This document shows positions 33,508 to 39,246 of a DNA stretch of 39,246 nt, one piece after another. This DNA is from Podarcis muralis (taxonomy: Eukaryota). The position numbers were made by a program, and so were the translations under genes. How positions within the stretch are numbered: position 1 is the first letter of the stretch; each line of letters begins with the position of its first letter. The stretch lies in contig NC_135659.1 of assembly GCF_964188315.1 (NCBI RefSeq), positions 56,978,001 through 57,017,246 of the forward strand, read 5' to 3'. The notes under the pieces are model-generated. The model was not told the origin of the DNA. It saw only the letters and a list, made by a program, of their open reading frames with translations, and searched no databases.

Positions 33508-33650
33508 TATTAGGGAACCTGTGTTTCTCTCCTGCATCCCAATGTTTCTGGAATCCAACTCCCATCAGCCCCAGCCAGCATGGCCAGTGACCAGGGATGA
33601 TAGAATCTGTAGTCCAGTAGCATCTGGAGGACCATAGGTTAGATACCTCT
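33508..33650. mobile_element. Short palindromic hAT-type MITE
   Basis: GGGAACCTGTG...CCAACTCCCATCAGCCCCAGCCAGCATGGCCAGTGACCAGGGATGAT...GTAGTCCAGTAGCATCTGGAGG. Confidence 0.65.
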
Positions 33651-35554
33651 TTTTTTTTGTCACTCTTGCCTGTTTCTGCCTCACTCCCTGGCCTTGCTAA
33701 ACCTCTCCCAGTTCCTGGTCTTTCCATTAGGCAAAGTGAAGACATCACCACAGGCATTGAGACCCTCCCTGCCTCCAGTCATTCCCATCCTCCTGAGCCA
33801 ACACTCAGTGGCCATGATAGACAGCTAACTCAGGCCATACATGTTTGTACAAGCTACTCTGCGTTGTGGCTATTACTGCTATTGTGGCATTAGCAAACAG
33901 ACACCAGGAGGAGTAAGTAGAAGTACTGGAGACCAAAGGCCCTCTTAGCTAGTGTGCTGTCTTGTGATAAAATGAAGGATGCTGTCTTGTCACCAGTGAT
34001 GAAGTGAGAGCCAACAGCTCTCACTGGCTTCTGTGTATGGAATGGTGCAGGGGAGGGAGCGCCATCTTATCCATAGCCTCAGGCAGCAAAATATATTGGG
34101 CTGGCCCCGGCCCTACTGTTTACTTCTCTCCACCCCACCCTTCCTGCTCTGCCAGTGGATATCCTGCCTGACCTTGGGCAAGCCATTATGCTGCTATTTT
34201 CTCTGCCTGGTAGAATGTGATAATAGCAGTTCCTTACCTCTGCAAAATAAATAAAACAAACAAACAGCCCATTTAAGCAACATGGGTCACAAGTGTTCAT
34301 TCCGCATCCCTGGTATCACTGCATTCATCTTGATAATGTGATGTCCTCCCGGAAAATGCCTTTCTACAAAAATTGCACAACCAATTCTAATGAAAGCTCT
34401 GGAAAGCACAGGAAAAGAAACAGGATTGTTGGTCAATGCTGATATCTGTCCATATAAGTAAACTCCCTCAAGGGGAGATTGTTATTAACAGTTGAGTGCA
34501 ATTCTTAGGCCACAACCTTCTGGCCTTCCTCCTCAAGGGATGAAGCACCACCTGAAGCTGTTTGATTAAAATGTGCAAACACTTCTAACATGACAGCTCT
34601 CTCCCAGCAAAGAATAGCTGGGAGTTTAAAGAGAGGAGCTGGTATGCAGAATATATCTGGAATCCCCCGTCTTCCAGGTATTCATCCATACGCTACCTGA
34701 AAGTGAGCATCAGGGACTCAGAAAGTCTCGTAGTTAAAACTGATCAAACAGCACAACATTGCATAAGGGGCCGCATGGCAGTGTTGGAAAAAGTCAGAAC
34801 CTGGAGATTTCCATGCACAGCACTAAGCAATCCCCGGTGATCAGCTTATCGTAGGTCCTTGTGAATCTCAGTCCATGGGGCTTTGAAGGTGCCTTCTGCA
34901 AACCCCCTCTCAACCCAGCCATGTCCTTAGTGGCCCCACACCTGATGTCAGGTATGATGTCAGGTGTAGGGTACGTTGGGGAGGCTTGGCTAAAACAGCC
35001 CCATAGGCCAAATGGGGAGGCACAGGAGGTCTTGAGAAGCCTGTGATCCATAGGTTTACAACTGCTGCATAAACAGTCATGCAAGTAACATGCAATGTTC
35101 TGTTTCTTAGCCCTTCAGTCCCAAAGGTCTGGCAAACAGTGTCTTTTTGCTTGTCCTAAGAGGGATACCACTACAAAGAAGGATCTGCTCCCGTCAATGG
35201 CGAATCTTGCCTCTGATAGCAAAGATATCCAGAGCAAGTCCTCACTCAAAGATGCTTGGCAGAAGTCATATAAGAGGAGGTGCTTGATGGGACATCCCTT
35301 GAGGCAGGTAGAATTCAGGTCTGCAATAGTGTCATTGCTAAATTCCAGGTCCTAAAGGCTTCTAGGTGCTGATTTGAATATACCTCTGATTGGATTTGGG
35401 ATGGTCTGAAGCCTGGTTCATAACTGATCCATAAAGGATAGAATTCCCAAAACTGGGATTGGTGGAGTTTGACAGTATCCTAGTTATAATCCACCAAGCA
35501 CTTGCCTGAGGCTGTACTCATAAGCCGCATATCAGGCGCATATAGAGCTGTGCT

Positions 35555-35705
35555 CTAGCCCAGGCAAGCCATTTCTCTCCCCTTGCCTAAATGAGAGATA
35601 ATTGTTTGTTGCTTACCTTCTTCACAAGGGCTGTTGTGTGGATTAATTGCATGCTGTTTGTAACCCACTTTGAAGATGAAAAGCCCTGCATTATATATTC
35701 GTATT
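35555..35705 (+). mobile_element. MIR/CORE-type SINE remnant
   Basis: CCAGGCAAGCCATTTCTCTCC...AAATGAGAGATAAT...CTTACCTTCTTCACAAGGGCTGTTGTGTGGATTAA. Confidence 0.5.
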
Positions 35706-36137
35706 AGAAAACAAATAACTTTTCAATACTAACCAGTGAAATGTCAAGATTACTTAGCGAAAAGGGGCTGAATGAAAGGATTGCTAATGCAAGTTTTTAG
35801 GCTCTGAAAAACACTGTGAGTCCAATCAGTGTCTCTGTACGTCATCTACTGAGCCAACAACAAGCAATGACTCGACTTGCTTGTGAAATCACTTACACAG
35901 AGATGCCAGTCCTTTAGCTCACTCCATGATCCTAGCATTCACATAAACTCTGTTTGGCTGCTGCATGTTTTCAATGCCAGCTCAAAATATGATAATATTG
36001 AATTGGCTGTGTGAGCTATGCATCTCAAGCCCAAACAGCAATTCTGCAAACCATTCATCACCCTATTTAGGAAGATTATTTTTTTTATCATGCAAAAGTG
36101 TGCACTGACTTTGGACACTTCCAGATAACCTGCTGAT

Positions 36138-36219
36138 TGAGCATTCATCCTAGTTTGTTTGCAGGGAGATTAAATGGTGTTGGCTAGTTAATGAGCATTC
36201 ATCTCAATTTGTTTGCAGG
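36138..36219. repeat. 28-bp imperfect direct repeat with a 26-bp spacer
   Basis: TGAGCATTCATCCTAGTTTGTTTGCAGG (36138-36165) and TGAGCATTCATCTCAATTTGTTTGCAGG (36192-36219), 25/28 identical. Confidence 0.85.
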
Positions 36220-36696
36220 CATAAGCACCAGCTCCTAGAGGCCATGGCAGTTTCAGGCCCCCCAATGTTTTTTGAGAAGGCCAAACCCCCTCAATATTCA
36301 GTGTGCATTCAGCAATGCCCCCTGGCTACTCGCGATGTCATGCAGGCAATGTCAAGGCCTTGCACGACGTCATGTGTGCGACATCAGAACATCACGTTGG
36401 GCCCCCTCAACCAACTTGAACAGATGGCACCTCTGTTTACAGGAGAGGTCAAGGACGATGTTGCATCAAAACAAGTGTCATCTCATACTTTCCAGTGCAT
36501 TTCCCCATCCCTTTCCCCATCGCAAAAAGTCATATATTTTGGGGAAGTAGGCTTGTTACACAAGTCCTACCAAATAATTGTGCAGCCTGAATTTGCCAAT
36601 ATGTGATTGAATCCCATACAAAAAATAGCAGCACTCTGAAAGTGTCCTTTGTGGCAAAACTCATGCACCACAAGCATAAGGCTTGTGGGAATTATT

Positions 36697-36697
<1 letters not shown>

Positions 36698-36740
<43 letters not shown>
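36698..36740. repeat. (TATC)n tetranucleotide microsatellite, probably the tail of the adjacent SINE
   Basis: Direct observation. Confidence 0.95.
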
Positions 36741-36744
36741 ATAT

Positions 36745-36947
36745 AGCAAACCCTTCCTCCAAGGAGTCAAGGCAGCATGCATGGTTTTCCCTTCCCATTT
36801 TATCCTGTGAGGTACACTGAGCTGAGAAAAAGAGGGGGAGAGTGGCTAAATCAAAGTCATCTAGCGAGCTTTGTGTCTGAGTGGATTTTGAACCTGAGCC
36901 ACCCCAGTCCTAAAGTGTGACATTTTAACCACTAAGCCACACTTGCC
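36745..36947 (-). mobile_element. tRNA-CORE SINE (Squam3/MIR-like), degenerate
   Basis: CCCATTTTATCCTGTGAGGT...AAGTCATCTAGCGAGCTT...GGATTTTGAACC...TTAACCACTAAGCCACACT. Confidence 0.65.
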
Positions 36948-37866
36948 ACTACTTACATAAGTGGAGGTACATTTGAGTGTGGTGATAAAAACTAAGAGCC
37001 CCAGAATAATCCTAAACCTCTTAGCAGTGTGTATATGAACATATATGAGTGCTAGAACAACATATGGAAAATTCTGAAAATGTGAGCAGGATGTGCAAAG
37101 GTGTGTCTCTCTTCCTTCTGCTTTCATACCTGACACAGTCTCATGCTACACATGGACTACACATTTAGGCCCAAAGCATGAACACAAATGGAGCTATTTC
37201 CCTTTTGATTTGTTTTCCTTTTAAGGATGTGCCTTGCTTCGTTCCATCTTTGCCCCTTGCTGTGTTTTATCATTTTAAAAAAGCAAGCAAGTGGGCTTTC
37301 CTACACAGCAACCTTTCTTCTCCCCTTCTTTGTCCCATCTCTTGTTCCATATGTAGAGTTGAAGAGCTGCTGCTTCTAGGTAGGCCACAGCAACACGGGA
37401 CATCTCTCCCATTACAGAACTCATAATCACCTCAATGATTATGCCTCAGTGGTGCAGTTGTTAATTTGCAATAACAAACCCATGTTAACATCCTTTGAAT
37501 CAACACTGGAACTCTTGAATATGCAAACAAGCCCTCAGTAACGGTGCTAGGTGATAGCTGAGGCTTTAATTAAGGGTCAATATGCAGTTAGGTCAGGGAT
37601 TTATGATGCATGAGCAGCCAGGCCATAGTGTTAAACTGAGGGGAAAACAATTTGTTGAATGATATGGAGATGGTTCACAGAATTCACAATCAATGTAAAA
37701 GAAAGAAGTCGGTGCTCACAGAGATGTCCACAGGCCAGGCTAGAACTGTCTTGCATGTTGGGTAATATCAGAACACTGGCAGTACTGAATTTGGGGGGAG
37801 AGGCAAATGAGGTATTGGAATGAGGCAGGTTAACTTGAGGTCTATCATTGTTCACATATGCTACAG

Positions 37867-37996
37867 CAGGGGTGGGGAACCTGTGAAGCTCCAGGTATTG
37901 TTGGTCTTCAGCTCTGATCATCCCTGCCCATCAGCCATGCTGGTTTGTCTGGTAGAGTCCAAGAACATCTGGAGGGCCACAAGCTCCCCATCTGTG
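37867..37996. mobile_element. Short palindromic hAT-type MITE
   Basis: CAGGGGTGGGGAACCTGTG...CTCCAG at the left end pairs imperfectly with CTGGAGGGCCACAAGCTCCCCATCTGTG at the right end. Confidence 0.7.
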
Positions 37997-39124
37997 TACT
38001 AAAATCAAAGCTGCCATGAGCACAGGGACCTATTATTGTCAACCAATAGGCAACCAGTACAAAATTAAGGCTGCAGTCCTCAAATCACTTACTCCAAGCT
38101 ATTCACAACAGAGGCCTCTCTGAAAGTATATCTCCAAAGGTACCAGAGTAGAAGAGAAGCTCTGAAATGAATCAGACCAAAGGGGTCGCTTGAAACAGCC
38201 ACAGCTATACTGTCAGGACAAGGGAGCGGGAACCGCAGGCAATTAGGCAAAACATCTGCCTAGCCAGAAACTCCCAAGGAGAACTGTCAGCTTGCTACCG
38301 CCCAGAGAAAGCCTGCTATGGCTGAAAACCAGGTTCCCTGGGACAGGAACTAAGAAGCAGGGGCCTGTTAGGAGGGAAAATGCATGGGCAGGCTAGATAG
38401 CCCCATTGCAGTCACTCAGCACCCAAAAGGAAGGGAAAGAACACAAAGTATTATTAGTATTCCAGGCACAGAAAGGTTAAGAGGAAAGGGGGGGGGGAGG
38501 AATCTCAAATTGGAAGGATGTTAGCATTAGCAGTTGGTCCCCTGAAGAGCAGCAATTAAAGAGCCGTTTAGTGCTGAAAAGCAGCTTTCGGAATATGGAA
38601 ACGTGGGGTTCCACATTCATTACCTTTTGAGTAATTTTTGTTCAGTTTGAAAGGTTTTAAAAAATCCCCCCTCATCTGCATTTTTTGTTTATGACTTAAG
38701 GGCTTGTTCCTATTTTACCTCTGCAGCACGAGAGCTGTTGTCCTGTAGATCCTTCCCAGGGATTATATTCCTGACATCTGTGGAAAGGAGAACTAGCCTG
38801 GTTTCTGTCCACACAAGTCCATATAATAGGGCCTTAGACTAGCAGCTTCTTGTGAGCCTTCAACTAGCTGCATGGGAAAATACCACTGCATTCAGATTCA
38901 CATGGAAGGATTAATATTTTTGCATCTCTTTCCCTCGTTGAATGGAAGAGAATGGGTTGGGACAGCCTTAGATAGGACAGATCTCCCCTAACCTATAAAG
39001 GCCACCAGGGCAGGTTCACTTTAAAAAAGGAGAAGGCAGCCATCAAATAAATATGCCTGGTGCCTCCCCTCCTTTGGGTCTGGGCTGCCTACTCAGCTGT
39101 TGTTGCTGCTGTTAAATTTTCTAT

Positions 39125-39246
39125 ACTGCACTCCATCCAAAGATCACAGAGCAGTTTACAATATAGAAACCAAAAATACATAACATAGTAACAGATGAAA
39201 ACAATACACCCACTTCCACAGATTAAAAGATAATAGTTTAATTAGA
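39125..39246 (-). mobile_element. Probable L2 3' UTR, running off the window end
   Basis: TTTCTATACTGCACTCCATCCAAAGATCACAGAGCAGTTTACAA followed by A-rich sequence, resembling the antisense of L2 tails. Confidence 0.4.

Overview
Vertebrate genomic DNA, most likely from a lacertid lizard (inferred from Podarcis/Lacerta-type Sauria SINEs plus squamate L2, L1, BovB and Squam-type SINEs). The only host coding sequence I can support is the first coding exon of the metabotropic glutamate receptor 4 gene (GRM4) on the minus strand (CDS 30655-30125, 177 codons, GT donor at 30124, probable acceptor at 31072-31073). Positions 1-30124 are therefore a >30 kb downstream intron and 31072-39246 are upstream intron or 5' flank. 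The rest is a layered transposon landscape: four Sauria SINEs with target-site duplications (TSDs), a 5'-truncated L2 with an uninterrupted 683-codon RT frame, L1 3' fragments, young hAT and Tc1/mariner MITEs, a 60-bp BovB tail, a decayed RTE-X-like RT fossil, several nested insertions and microsatellites. The non-TE signals most worth checking are a tandem double hairpin packed with TCF/LEF and PBX/MEIS motifs (13621-13823), two triple-octamer clusters, a uORF-rich GRM4 leader with an alternative acceptor, and two strong 3' splice sites just past the GRM4 donor. I found no convincing evidence of a wholly new biological system. All family names come from recalled consensus features, not from database searches.
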